A stretch of 63,617 nucleotides of DNA, filler included, from Hyphochytrium catenoides (GCA_900088475.1; 10 parts of 10 records of this genome joined end to end with filler, not necessarily neighbours in it), one strand, 5' to 3'. Counted from the whole stretch's first letter, positions 50,775 through 63,617 are shown. Notes: generated by a model from the letters alone, not told the origin. Made by a program: numbers and translations.

Positions 50775-51310
50775 GTAAGAAGATCAAGGGTCTTGAACTA
50801 CAATGAAAAGGTGCTTTGTCTGTACCTTGGGTGGCGAGGCCTCAGTTCAGACAAGCGGAGGAAAACTTCGCGGGAGCGCCCGAAGCAAGTAACACTCTCT
50901 ACTCGGAAAAGTTTAGAATGGATACCAGAGGTGAGGAAAGGGTCTCCCTTGAGCGAGTGTCAGTGTACGTGAGAATGCAAAGATGATATACATACTAATA
51001 TGCAAGAGAGATTGGATTAAGAGGCCATTGTAAGAACACCATGCAACGAGGAAGAGAGCAAGAAGGGAAAAGAAAGACGGGCATCCTTCAATAGAGCTAT
51101 TCCTTGACTCTTCTAGCCAGGACTACTAGCACTCTTGAGGGTATTTTCGAAGAGGAGACCGCGTATGCCATACACCAATCCTCGCCCGGCCCCTATCCAA
51201 CGGTCCAGCGGAGGTCAGTAGGGATGTGCCTGCTAGGGAGTACACATATAACACCAGCTTAACCTCTGATCTTGGAGATCTGTCATAGGACCAGAGTGCC
51301 TCAGACTTCT
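50775..51310 (-). repeat. Inverted copy of the same dispersed repeat family
   Basis: gtaagaagatcaagg...aaggtgctttgtctg...cagacaagc...ttcgcgggagcgc...gcaagtaaca...atgcaaagat...atgcaagagagattg...ccatacacc...gtacacatataacacc is the reverse complement of ~55330-55855. Confidence 0.8.
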
Positions 51311-54300
51311 TCGTCAAAAAGAACCTTTGATAAGTTCCGAGAAGATGTAGGGGAAGTCTGCGCTGACTCTATTGTCGCGCTATATCTCATCATTAAGCTA
51401 TTCCATACTCATTCATTGACCCTTCATTGCAGACACACTACCACCAGCTCCCACTAATTCAGTCGTTTGGACGGAGCCGCCTTGGTAGTGTGGCCAGCGA
51501 AGTAAGCGGTTGCGGTTCTTATAGGAATGAGAGTAATATGTGCGCCCATACCGTTTAATATTCAGACGTATCATGGCAGGCGGTAATGACCAGGATAGCT
51601 GCACACCCGGTTTACAAGGGTATCATCACAGGACATTCGCCGTGTTTTGCACCATCATTTACCAAATTTGCTCGTCCTCGTAGAAACACCGCTATGTCAG
51701 GCGAACTCCAGAGAAGAGATGGGGATGAGGCGGTGCAAAAAAGCCTTGTGCTCTGGACGAACCTTGACTACTCCTTCTGACCCAGAATCTAGAGGAGCTC
51801 TACGGTAAAGCCCTGATTGACTAGCACTTTTCCTGGTGCCGATTCCAAGAATAGGACTTCTTAGCACCTGGCAGGCTTAATGATGTCAACTTCGACAGTC
51901 ACTCTGACAGACTACCTAAGCCTCCTTAAGTACACTTCCGCCGGCTACGACAATCTAGCGCACAGACCATCTCTCCTCCAGAACCAGCACTATTAATTCT
52001 CTGCTCCTCATAACAGCCACAGCATAAGCAGACCAATCGTTGCTTCGTCACTCACAGATAGTCTTGCCCACATCACGGTAAGCTACTCGTAAACGTCCAT
52101 TCACGTTTGATTAGGCTTTAGAAGAGTCACAGGAGGGTGAAGCCTGTCGAGGTTGCGGCACGAGAGAAGTGGTAAGCCTGTTCACGGACTGAGCGGCGCC
52201 TCCCATATTTGGTTGGTCAGGACATCGATCATGAATGAAGACTTACGCATGAGCATTATACTTGCTGGTGCACCTAATAACGAAACCATGTGCTTATAAA
52301 CATTTCCGCATGGAAAGTCCAGTTATTTGTCCGGCCCACCACTTTCTCTTCCCAAAAAGGAACTGAGAGAAGGAAGGGACAGCGTAGTAGAAGATCTTGA
52401 GACACATTGTCAAGCCAATTGGAAATGGCTCTCTTTTGAAGTCATCAACCGTGGCAAGAATCAGAGAACGCTTCTGTTTTCGTCATCCGCAAGTAAACCA
52501 AGGATGAATGCAAAACATTAGGAGGAGGGCAATTCAGTTGAAGGAGAGACTGTCAGATTTGCATCAACCGATTTTCCCGTCTCCCTTACCTTGACAGGTA
52601 CAGCGGGCAGGCGGAGAGAGCGCTAGCTTATGCTTGTAAGCAAGTCAGCTTCTTAGTAGGAGAAGTTATAGGATCATGCGAGGTCAGTAGTGTCGTGTAC
52701 GGACGTTGGAAGGGCCATGACTCGATAGTTGATGACTGTCCTATCAGATNNNNNNNNNNNNNNNNNNNNNNNNNNNNNNNNNNNNNNNNNNNNTTAATTA
52801 ATTAANNNNNNNNNNNNNNNNNNNNNNNNNNNNNNNNNNNNNNNNNNNNCAGAAGTAAGGGTGGAGAACTACTAGGAGGTAACACACATATAACACAGCA
52901 CATCTTTCCCCCCCATCTCTCTCAGCGTTGCCGCGGCTCCCGGCTCTCCTCCTTGAACTTCAGCGGGATTTTTGGGCTATGGGAAGAAGAAGAAAGATAG
53001 AGAAGGACAAGGTTTGCCGTTTATCTGGAAGTGGCAGGAATGGGCAGTGTTTGCTTGTTCATCTACGAGAGAGCAGCGCAGCGGACTCGTGGCTGATTGC
53101 CTGTCTGGAGCTGGGGATGCCGAACAATTATAAAGAGGAGCTGCGCTGGGTCAGGAGGAGGCGACCGGTATGGCAGCGTGTCGAGCCGTCGGCTTTGGCC
53201 TGGTTGCTTCTATCTTTGGCAATGCGGTTGGTATATCGGGCTTCAGTACTTCAGATCACCCAGATAACTTTGCGGCTCTGCGACGGGAGTGCCATGTTCC
53301 TCCTCTTCTCCAAAAGACAAAAGTCTCTGAACTTTGCCTAGAGACAGAGAAAACCCGAGGTTCCAGGTACAAGAAGCAGAGACTCAGCAGGAGCGCTCGG
53401 AGGTGAGAGGGCGGCGCGGTCCGTCGACCACGGAGCAGCCAGAGGTCGCGTCCATCCCAGCACCTGAGGCTGGGTTGGCCGAGCAAGAGATTACAGAGAA
53501 GCGTCGGATTCGGATTCGTTCTCTTACTAATCCATCAGCTAAGGTGATGGCTGCAGCAGAGCCTGAGAAAGGCAGGCCGAGGCTGGCGGTTCAGGACTAT
53601 CTTACTGCCGTCTCCATCGGCATGACCGGTGCAAACAACGGAAGATTATTCCTCTGTCTCGATTTCTGAGACAGCTCCTGAGCGCCCCTGAAGGCGAAAT
53701 CCTAGACTCCAGCGTAACGACATTTCGCACGGCGTGGCAAGCCTTGGGCAGGGCGTGATGTCCTATGATCAGGCAGTGCTGCACGCGGTAAACTTTGGAC
53801 CTAACGCTTTTGTCTCCTTCGTCATGTAGAAAGAGAGAGCCACAAGGTGGAGAGTCGCCCCAGTAGTCACCGACGGCGGAGTCCTCGCTTACGCCTCTTT
53901 TAGCAATGTCCCAGTGGCAGCGCAGTGCCTTCAATAGCTCGCACTGGACCCACTTTGGCTGTTCAAGGTAACGAGCAGGATCAAGGGACCCTTGTGCTGG
54001 GTCATCTGCAGCTCTGATTGCAGCCTGAAGGGCCCTGCATGTTCTTCTAGGGCTACAGAGCGTTGTTTGGTTCTATGAAAAGCAGCCCCTTGGTAGCAGG
54101 GAAGGCGGGATAGAGAGCGTAGAAGAAGAAGCTGATGCCACAAGTAGAGCTCTTCGTCCTCTTCCAGTCATTGGCTACCCGGAGTGCCTCTTAGTAGCTC
54201 AGTCTGCAGACAAAACTCACCCGCTACCTCGATCCTTCTCTCTCCCTTGCCCAAGAGAGAAGACATAGAAAGACGATGAAAGTCTTATGCTCTTCCATGC

Positions 54301-54831
54301 CGCAGATCGCCGAACTGCTGCCCGGCAAAGTCCCTCATGAGCCCTCAGCTTATCCTTCTTCTTCCTGCTGCTTATGGCAACCCTGTAGCCACTCTGGCTC
54401 CGCCGCCTCGCAGCTCGGCAACAGAGGGACAGAGCTTGTTTCGTGTTCTTTTAGGTTTTGGAGGAACAGCTCAAGACAACTGTAGTTATGATGTCTTGCA
54501 GGAAGGATACTACTTCTCTTTTCTCCTCTTTCTTCCTCCTGACCTCTTTCTCTTGACGCCCTAAAGATAGCGATGCTGCTCTGTATATGTCACTCTCTAT
54601 CCTTATCTCCACTCAGACAAGTTTGGCGTGTCACTTAGGAGGTTCGTTTGCTTTTCCCATTCACTTCATAAAGTTTGTGCTAGAAGAATGTGCTATTATT
54701 GAGAGCTTTAAGAGAAGGATCTCTTCCCCGCCCTGGTTGGGTCTGAAGTGAGACCTGCAGCCAACCAAGAACTAACACAAACGCATACTTGCAGTCTGTC
54801 GCACTTTTCTCAAACCTATCCACAGTGTAAT

Positions 54832-55855
54832 GTAAGTAGACCAGGGACGAAGTCCTGAAGGCGAGTGAGAAGGTGCTTGTCTGGACCTTGGCTGGCCAGG
54901 CCTCAGCCCAGACAAGCACCACAGACGGAGATTTCGCGGGAGCGCGGGCAAGTAACAAGATGCCTTCGACTTCAGAGAGAAGTTATCAACTACTGAAATC
55001 TAGAGGTTAAGGAGAGAGGTTCCTTTGAGAGCGTTCACTCTACCTGATGATGCAAAGATAGAGGTAGTAACATGCAAGTGAGACCGCATCAAGAGGTTAT
55101 CGTACAAATATGCAAAGAGGAAGAGAGCAGGAAGGGAAAAGAAAGAAAGTATCGATCGTCAGAGCCATCGTTGCCCACCTATATCAGGACTACCCGGTCG
55201 TGAAGTGTGCTCTCTAAGAGGAGAGGTCACAACCGATGCCCTCACTGCCAAGGTATAGACCAACACCGCCACCACCACTCAGTGGCCTCGGCGGTCAACC
55301 AGAGCGAAACGAGGCTCCCACGAAGAGTTTAGGCAGTCCTAGCGCTGGTCTTGCTTTCTCCGCTAAGCCAAGGTTTTCAAAGGGAAAGGGTGTTATATGT
55401 GTACATCCTCTGACTGCCGCTAACCACCGGACTGCGCGCTGGATACGGATTGGCCGGTGTATGGGATGTGACCTCACCTCTTAGAGAGTACTCTCACGAA
55501 CGGGTAGTCCTGATATGAGTGGGCAACGGATGCTCTCTTCCTTTTCCCTTTCCTACTCTGTTCCTCTTTGCATATCTCTAGGATGGCCTCTTGATTCAAT
55601 CTCTCTTGCATGTTACGACTTCTATCTTTGCATCATCAGGTAGACTGACTCTCCCGAAGGGAGACTCTTTCCTTACCCTCTATCTTGCGTTATAACCTCT
55701 CTCTGAAGTCGAAGGCAATTTGTTACTTGCGCGCGTTCCCGCGAAAATCTTCCTCTTCTGTCTGCGTGGTGCTTGTCTGGACTGAAGCCCTGGCCAGCCA
55801 TTGCAGACAAAGCACCTTCTCACTCGCCTTCAAGACCCGTTCCTGATCTTCTTAC
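54832..55855. repeat. About 1-kb inverted repeat with ~400-bp arms and ~230-bp spacer
   Basis: 54832-55235 (gaaggcgagtgagaaggtgct...gccttcgacttcagagag...ctacctgatgatgcaaagatag...atatcaggactacccg...ctctctaagagg-gaggtcaca) is the reverse complement of 55463-55855. Confidence 0.92.
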
Positions 55856-55933
55856 CCTATACACAGATGCAAGGTGGAGTCAGCGGAGAGGCTCTACCAA
55901 GCTTTATAGATTGGCGAGCCTAGTGGACGCCTC

Positions 55934-56179
55934 CTAACCTCTTATGCTCCAGAGTCCCTCTAACCGCAGGCGCACTTTATTATGTTGAGCCGCCAGTGTC
56001 GACCATTCGCTAGCTGAAGCTGTGTAAGAGGACAGTGCAAATTGCCTCGCCTTCGATAAGGTCTTAAGCTCCATGAGGAGCAAGGCGTTTGCTGAGTGTG
56101 CTCTCTTCAGCAGTATCTCAGTGTTATGACGGCGTGCACTCGCTATGACGGGCAGCAGTGTGAGAAGGGTCTGCAAGCT
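55934..56179 (-). CDS. Probable terminal exon of a coiled-coil protein gene lying head-to-head with the IFT122 start; weak resemblance to the HAUS4 C-terminus
   Basis: A TGTAG acceptor after a CT-rich intron opens an 81-codon frame ending ...KARQFALSSYTASASEWSTLAAQHNKVRLRLEGLWSIRG*. Candidate upstream exons lie near 56390-56453 and 56530-56636. The family resemblance is by eye only. Confidence 0.35.
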   Translation of the reverse strand, partial: SLQTLLTLLPVIASARRHNTEILLKRAHSANALLLMELKTLSKARQFALSSYTASASEWSTLAAQHNKVRLRLEGLWSIRG

Positions 56180-56691
56180 CTACAGAGGTCGAAAGCGTCA
56201 GGAGGACGTTAGAGGATGGGTCTGAAAGGTGGACAGAGGCCATCGCACTGACGGGCACAAGAGAGAGACACCCAGAGCGAAGAAAGAGTAAAGAGAAAGA
56301 GACGGATTGAGCACAGAAGAGCTCAAGTGAGCGAGACACTGCAAAGGAAGACAGAGGAAGGACTCAGGGGGAAGAAAGTAGAAAAGTACTCCCGTATGAG
56401 CAAAACGGACAAGCAGCTTGGGCCGTCAGATCCCTGATAAGCTCCAATCCTATCTAGAACACAGCCACAAGAAGCTGGTCACTGTCATACTGTACTGTAA
56501 TAATAACACGTCAAAATTCCATGGTCATACCAAAATAGTGGTCGAACTGGGTGTAATTCTGCATATATCGTCTTTGACCGAAACTAAATGATCTCTATTT
56601 CGGACATTAGAGCTGTCCTTTTGTGACCTTTCACACTGCAGGAGAGGGGAGAGAGAGAGAGAGAGAAAAAGAGAGAGAGAGACAGAGAGAG

Positions 56692-56735
<44 letters not shown>

Positions 56736-57090
56736 AGAGAGAGAGAGAGAGAAGAGGGAAGGGGACGAGACGGAGAAGGCGGAAGCATTAGCTAGGAGTG
56801 CAGGGTCAAGAGGATGAAGAGGGTCAGGAGCGAGCGCCACACTGCTAAGAGGAAGCGCATAGGACGAGCTCACGGAGGAGAAGGACAGAAGCGCTGGCGA
56901 TCTCGCAAGCTCTCAGGGAACTTGCACAGGCAGCACCACTGGCTCCAGGGAGTAAGGCTCTCCGTCTAGGCAATGGAATGACTGAGTAGATAAAGAGACA
57001 GAGATAGCGGAAAGAGAGACAGAGGAGCCGGTAGGAGAGAGAGTGGAAGCTGTAGGGAGCTGGCGAGGTACTGAGACGGCTGATCGAACG

Positions 57091-58932
57091 ATGAGGACGC
57101 TGCTGACCTGGCACGATAAAGTGCNNNNNNNNNNNNNNNNNNNNNNNNNNNNNNNNNNNNNNNNNNNNNNNNNNNNNNNNNNNNNNNNNNNNNNNNNNNN
57201 NNNNNNNNNNNNNNNNNNNNNNNNNNNNTATCCCTCTCACTCCTCTCTCTCGCCAGCTTCTTCCCTCACTCTCTCTCAGTCTCTCTCTCCCCTCTCCGTC
57301 GTTTGACTCCGCACTCTGTCTGCTTGTTCTCTCTCCTGGCGTTACTCAGATTCAGCTTGACGATCTCGCCCTGGTGCCCCTAGTCACTCTCCTGTTCCGG
57401 CTTTGTATTGCCTTTCCCTTTTCTCAATGCCTTTGCTCCCTTGTTCGCTCACTCCTTTGTAGGAGGGGGCTGTTTTTCTCTCTCCTCCTATGGCAACCTC
57501 GCGCTTTTCTCCTCTTCGGTCTTTCGAACTAAGAAGTCTCTCCTACCACCCGCTACGTCCCGCGCTATCTCTCCCCGCCTTACTCTTTCCTTCCTGCCTG
57601 CGCTGTTCCTCTCATTCCTCTCCTTCCGTCCTCCCTCTCTTTTTCTCCAGACGGCACTCAGATCGTGGCTGCGGTTGGGACGCGAGTGCTGGTCTATGAG
57701 GCAGCTGACGGCACTCTCCTGCACACTCTCAAAGGTTCGACCGGACAATTCTTTTCTCTTTCCTTCTCTCCATCCCTCTCTCCACATTCCTTTCTCTCTC
57801 TCTGTGTGTATATGGTGGGCCATATCCTCTCTCTTTCTCTCTCTCTCTCTCTCTGTCAGATCGCATCATTTTTTCTATGAGAATTTGCACCTCACAATGC
57901 TTTCTCTAGGGGCTCTCCCCGCTTCACTTCATCACTCTACATTTTCGACTCCTCTCTTTGGGCTGCTTCCCATTGCTCTTTTCCCCTGGAACGCCTTACT
58001 AGGGTGATAGAGAGAGGCTCTTCAGTGCACACTCTCTGTTCTCTGTACCTTTGTTTTCTTTTTGAAATGTTTGGACCTCGTTCATTGCTTCTCTTTCTCT
58101 CTCTGTTAGTGTCTTTCTTGCTGCGCCTCTCATGTTCTACTTCCATCCTCATCATTATGGCCCTACTCTAGTCTTTCGTTCACTCACAGCTGCCTGCTGA
58201 CCTTGTTCCTTTTTATTGCTCTTCCCCTCTCTCCCCTCTGTTGTGTCTCTCTCCCGTTTTATCCTCTCCCTCTTTCTTTCCTTTCTTCTCTCTCGTTCTC
58301 GCGACTTCTCGCTCTCTCCGTCCTTTATTCTCTCTTTCTCTCTGTCTTCAATCTCTTTCTCACCTCTATTCTCCTCTCCTCTCTTTCTCTCCGCCCTCTC
58401 GTTTTTGTCTATAATGTTCTATCTCTCTTTCTCTCCCCCGCTTTTTGTTCCTTCCGTTTGCTTTCTATATTTCTTCCACTCTTTGGTTTCTCTCCTTTTC
58501 TTCGCTTGTCTTCGCTTCTCTCTCTCTCTCTCTCTCTCTCTCNNNNNNNNNNNNNNNNNNNNNNNNNNNNNNCTCTCTCTCTCTACTCTCTCTGTCTCTC
58601 TGTCTCTCTGTCTCTCATCTTGAAAGGGCACAAGGACCAGGTGTACGCGGTAGACTTCTCCTGCGACGGCAAGCGGTTCGCCTCTGGAGGAGGAGACAAG
58701 ACGGTGGTCATCTGGACCGCCAAGGCCGAGGGCATCCTGAAGTACACCCATAATGACAGCATCCAGTCCATCAGGTACAGACCTGGGTTCTCGAGCCCCT
58801 GCGTTCATCAGAATAGCCGCTGACTGGAGGTCGACCACTAGGTATAACCCAGTTACCCAGCAGCTCTGCAGTTGCGCTGAGACGGACTTCGGTCTCTGGT
58901 CTCCTGAGCAGAAGTCGGTGCAAAAGTACAAG
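57091..58932 (+). CDS. IFT122: IFT122 N-terminal WD40 exons (5' part of the gene, on a separate contig)
   Basis: ATG at 57091 gives [11 protein letters not shown], then an N gap. Exons 57651-57734 ([29 protein letters not shown]), 58627-58774 ([49 protein letters not shown]) and 58842-58932 ([30 protein letters not shown]). This matches the IFT122 N-terminus (human MRAVLTWRDK...GHKDTVYCV...DGKRFASG...[11 protein letters not shown]). Confidence 0.95.
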
Positions 58933-59661
58933 GTCAGAGAAGTGACAGGGAAAGAGAGAGAGAGAGAGAGAAGAGAGAGAGAAGAAAGAGAGGACAAAAA
59001 AAAAGAGAGAACAAGGAGGAGGACAGCGAAAGAAGGGATGCAACTGTGCGGAAGGCATCAACATTAGAAAGGCAGAGGAGAAGTTCGCACAAATGAGCAA
59101 CAACGGAAAACAAGAGAGACTCGGGGAAGAGGAAATGAGAGGCGATAGCAGGAAAGCAAGCACAGCNNNNNNNNNNNNNNNNNNNNNNNNNNNNNNNNNN
59201 NNNNNNNNNNTTAATTAATTAANNNNNNNNNNNNNNNNNNNNNNNNNNNNNNNNNNNNNNNNNNNNGACTCGTTCTCCGGTTTGTTTGTCGTGCTCTACT
59301 AGGCTCGGATTTGTCCTTTGTCTCGCTGCATTCTTGCTTGCTCTTGCTAAATTGCTCCTGAGACAGGTATGACAGCCACTGTAAGTGGTATCGAGGAGTC
59401 ATCCGGCCAGTCTCCGGCCATTGTAGGAAAGCCGTCACCGTGGCTCATCAAGCGCGTCATTGACTACTATGGGCTGGAACCAGAGAGGTAAGGGTAGTGA
59501 CCTAGCCTTCATCCGCGCTATTGCTTCCTAGGCGTGTAAGGTCTAAGAGCATCAATGAGCTGCGTTTCTCGATCCAAAGTTGCACAACTTTCTTTGCCTA
59601 CTGCCTACTCTTTCTTCTTCTTGATCATTCGTCATGTCTGTCGATCACTCATTATTGTTTG

Positions 59662-59722
<61 letters not shown>

Positions 59723-62700
59723 AGGACTCTTATGGTAGGAGACCGGCTTGACACCGACATACTCTTTGGGAAAGCTGGGAAAACTGGTACAATGTTAGTC
59801 CTTACGGGATGCACGACCTTATCTACAGTTGAAGGTTTACCAGTAGGAGACCAGCGAGTACCTGACATAGTAGCGCCAGGAATAGCCTTTTTAGGTGGCA
59901 TCCTTTAGGACAGGGCGTGACAGCTAAAGTTGGAGCGAGTCATTGAGGGAGGAAAAGAAGGATCGGCTGGAAGCTCTGAAGGCAATGAGCTTCCACCACT
60001 CCCGTCAGGTGCACACTGCCCTCTAGTCTCTATAAAAGTAAAAAGGATGCGTTGCCTAGGGCTGTTTACCCCTGGAGACGCTGCTGGTGTGATCTCTGCA
60101 GTTGGGGGGAAGAGATGCTGCCCCGAAAGGCACGCACTCAGCGCCCGCCGTCTACTACTTCTCCACCCACTTATTTGAAAGCACCGCAAACCATGTACTT
60201 CAGGCAATAAGGACAGGCATGGAGAGAAAATCAGAGGGGAGATAAAAAGAGAAAAGGGAGAGAGACACAGAGAGAGAGAAGAGAGAGCAGGAAAGTGATA
60301 TTTATTATTCTCTCTGTAAGAAGACCCACCAAGCCCACAATGACTCTCCAGTCATGGCCGTTAGCCCCTCCTCACGACGGCGCGATGCGGACGAGAAGCG
60401 TGTCAGGGATGAGAGACAGACCACGAGACGAGAGGTAGAATAGAAAGAAGAGGTGTTGGAAGAGCATTGAGAGAGAAAGAGAGACAGAGAGATAAGGAAC
60501 CACACAGAAAGTGAAGAAGAGTGATTTTAGATAAACAGAGAGAGAGAGAGNNNNNNNNNNNNNNNNNNNNNNNNNNNNNNNNNNNNNNNNNNNNTTAATT
60601 AATTAANNNNNNNNNNNNNNNNNNNNNNNNNNNNNNNNNNNNNNNNNNNNGCCATAACACAACAGGGTATAAAACAGGTATTTGTGAATAGTCGGTAAGT
60701 TTACGGTATTTTTTATCAGGTATTTTCTGGTCATGGACACGAAATGTCCTTTTTACAAAACAGGTACTTTGTGGTAACCTTAGGGTATTCTGTAGTCCAT
60801 AAATAGGGTTTTCTAGAAGTAAAATTGGTGTACTTTGTGGTATTTCCAACCTCTTATTATTATGTGTTTATATAGCGGCGGTGAGAGCAGACTTCTTTCT
60901 CTGCCTTGCTGCCGAAGCGGAAGGAGCAGCCGGCGCACCTTTCTTACTACTGTTGTTACCTTGTTTCTTCTTTTGTGGTCCTGCGACTTCAACATCCGCC
61001 CTGAGAGGATCGGTGCTGCCGCGGCTGCTGTCGTCAGTCCTTTGCTGCCCCTGTTGTCGGATTTCTCCACCAGCATTCTTCCCCGCTACCACCCCAGTCT
61101 GCTGTTCTAAAACGCTTGTTCGCGTGGGAGATCGGAATGGGGAGACTGTTGCGCCTCTTTTGTTCTTGCTCTTGTCAGCAGCAGCTCGATCTCCTCGTCG
61201 AAGCCGGCGGGTAGTAGTGCTGCTAGTCGTAGGAGGAGGAGGAGTGGACTGATGATGAGCAGCCAAGGGATCGGCCTGCTCGCGCGGCTGACCCCCCCTC
61301 CTGGATCCCAACTCCTTCTTCGGAGGTGAAGGAGCAGAAGAAGAGGCAGCAGAAGAATTGGATCTCTGGTGGTTGTTGCTCCTCTCGCAATTGTTGTTTG
61401 AGATTTTCCTTCGCTTGCTACTATGTTGTTGTTGTGGGCCTGATGAGCAAACAAACAATAGGAAGGCACAAAAAAAGAGAGCAGATGCATTAGTACTAGC
61501 TCCAAGGAGAAGGAATAGGTTGTCAGTAGAAAGGTTTCCACTACTAAGGACACATTGTTGTTCAATATCATCAGCAGGAGGAGAACTCCGTCACACTTTT
61601 CCACCATTACTCGAAAGACAAGAGAAGGGAAGACATTTGCGAGGAAAGGAAGGGCTTTTTTGAATCATGATAATAACTGGGGCTCAGACGTCGTCGTTCG
61701 TAAGTTAGTTGGAGGGAGACGACGGAGCGTCATCATCATTTATTCTCACAACAAGCTGAACAGGGGGACACTGTTGTTGTTACTAGTGCTATCCCGCTGC
61801 TGGTACAAAGAACTAAGCCAGGTTGGCCATTAACCTCACCTTGATCACCACCAAGGGCTCTTGCCTTCCTCTTCTCTGTTCCCTTCGTCCCGCCTTGGCN
61901 NNNNNNNNNNNNNNNNNNGCGTCGTCTTCTTCATGCCCGTCTTGCTCTTTGTCAACACCAAGCTCTCCTTGATGTCGTGCGTCTCCTCTTATTGAGCTGC
62001 GATATGAGAAGAGTGCACAAGCGAGGTTACCACCAAAAATTTGGAAGTAGACATAAGATGATAGTGGTAATAGCCACAGCATGGAACACCTCAAGACACT
62101 AATTTATACCTGGGTCATATTCAAAGAGGAGGGATCCCAGGGTAAACACGGAGAGTCATGAAAGGCAACGACGCACGCCATAGTACAGACTATTTTGGCA
62201 GGCAAGGCATGCGGCAGCAGCACTAGGTACAATATAAAAAGCAAGCTGGCTACAAGAGTAAAAGCCAAGTAATAGTGAAGAATGAGGGCTACGATGATGC
62301 TTGGATTGAGGAGGGACCGCTACGAAGAAAGAGACATGCACACCTCGAATAGGGATGGCTGCTATTCCTCCTTTCCTTCCTCCCTAATGATAGAGATGAG
62401 GTAGCAGATGCTCGACTTTTTCTACCTGCCGGTACTTGAGATCCGCCAGCAGCAGAACCATCTGCCCTGAGCCCAGATCCCTCATCTCGAAATTGCGGTG
62501 TGGGGCTCTCCTCAGGAGAAGAAGAAGAGGAATTGAGTGTAGCTCTTTTGGCTCTGCTTTCTATTATTGTCCTATCGCAGCAACAACCACCGTGAATGAG
62601 TCACCAATAATGAAGAAGCAGCAAGAAGGTAGTAGTGAAGAAGAGGAATCAAATATAGGGAGAACAAACTAGAGGGTCGCGTAGATTCCAATAATGGAAT

Positions 62701-63335
62701 GGCTTGACGAGAGGAAGAAGAAAGGAGGTACAGAAGGCACAAATGGCTACTAGAAGGAGCAGCACCCAAGACGCAGCAGCCAATTTTGACAGCGGAGCAT
62801 ATGAAGAAGAAGGTAGGTTAGGATAGGTCAGCTGCTGCAACTCGTCACTTGTTAGGGTGGGGAAAAGAAGGAGAAGACGCTGATAAATAAATAATAAGAT
62901 AGCGAATAAACATGCTCTTTTAGCACCATTATTTACGGCAGACCTCCCCTAACGACGGGAAAGAAGAAAAGATGGCACTCATCAAGGCAAACATCCTCTG
63001 CCGGACGGAGGAAAAGAGAAGGTGGATAAAGTGCATCCAGTCCTGAGAAGCAGTGTAAAAAAGAGAAGGTGTTGAAGATAGCACTTGTAGAGGAAGATAT
63101 ACAAAAGCACAACTAAATATGAGAAACAAGAGATGGTAGTAGCCTGACCTCCTGGTAATCTCTCTTCGATTGGTCATTTTGCATCCGCAAAGCGTCTTTC
63201 CTATCAGCTCCCTAATAGAAGTACCAGTGAAATACATCCAGGAAACAAGCGCATACGTAGTGGACACCTTATGACGGAAACAGGAGAATAGCTAACAGGA
63301 AGCTGAAGATTTTGAATGACAAAGTATGAGACTTA

Positions 63336-63617
63336 CCCGCTTGCTTTAGCCTTCTGCACAACCTTTCTCTGCTTCTTTTTGCCATTACCAATTTCTGTAG
63401 ATATTTTATCCTTGATGATATCTATCACCGGGCCAGCCCCGTACGGCGTAGAGCCCAAGTCCAATCCTTCTTTCTTCAGCTCTTCTATGGCTTTAAGCCA
63501 TGTCTGAGGATAGAGTTCTCTGATAAATTTGTAAGGGGGTAGGTTGATATAGTTAAATTTGCAATAAGGCTGGCCACAGGGAGGAATGCGATACTTCGAA
63601 AAGTGCCTTATCAGCGT
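63336..63617 (-). CDS. Partial open frame entering from the window edge, unknown protein
   Basis: About 94 stop-free codons (TLIRHFSKYRIPPCGQPYCKFNYINLPPYKFIRELYPQTWLKAIEELKKEG...KKKQRKVVQKAKAS) end at GG|GTAAGT, which is either a donor site or an in-frame TAA. Confidence 0.4.

Noticed and set aside
60868-61663. Overlapping low-complexity ORFs on both strands
   Set aside because: They are explained by trinucleotide-rich sequence, with no domain signature or clear splice structure.

Overview
Eukaryotic nuclear DNA from a ciliated or flagellated organism, most likely a protist. It uses the standard genetic code and short GT-AG introns densely filled with (CT)n/(GA)n microsatellite. The window is not one contiguous locus: nine 100-bp N-TTAATTAATTAA-N linkers join about ten contigs of unknown order. 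Hand-spliced genes are IFT122 (22 exons at 210-11484, with its N-terminal exons on another contig at 57091-58932), the first exon of ASNSD1, an intronless secreted Cys-rich protein (19654-20577), a GCN2-like pseudokinase fragment, a complete 9-exon protein joining an ALYREF/Yra1-type N-terminus to three Gbp2/Hrb1-type RRMs, one alpha/beta-hydrolase exon, and two carnitine/choline acyltransferase exons. Intergenic blocks are nearly microsatellite-free but rich in long degenerate palindromes and local duplications. The best leads are a GA-5'/CT-3' polarity of intronic repeats that could pair splice sites through RNA structure, the ALYREF-Gbp2 hybrid protein, the orphan secreted protein, and Cys-to-Ser loss in the first IFT122 zinc knuckle. 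All family assignments rest on motif recognition by eye; no database search was run.
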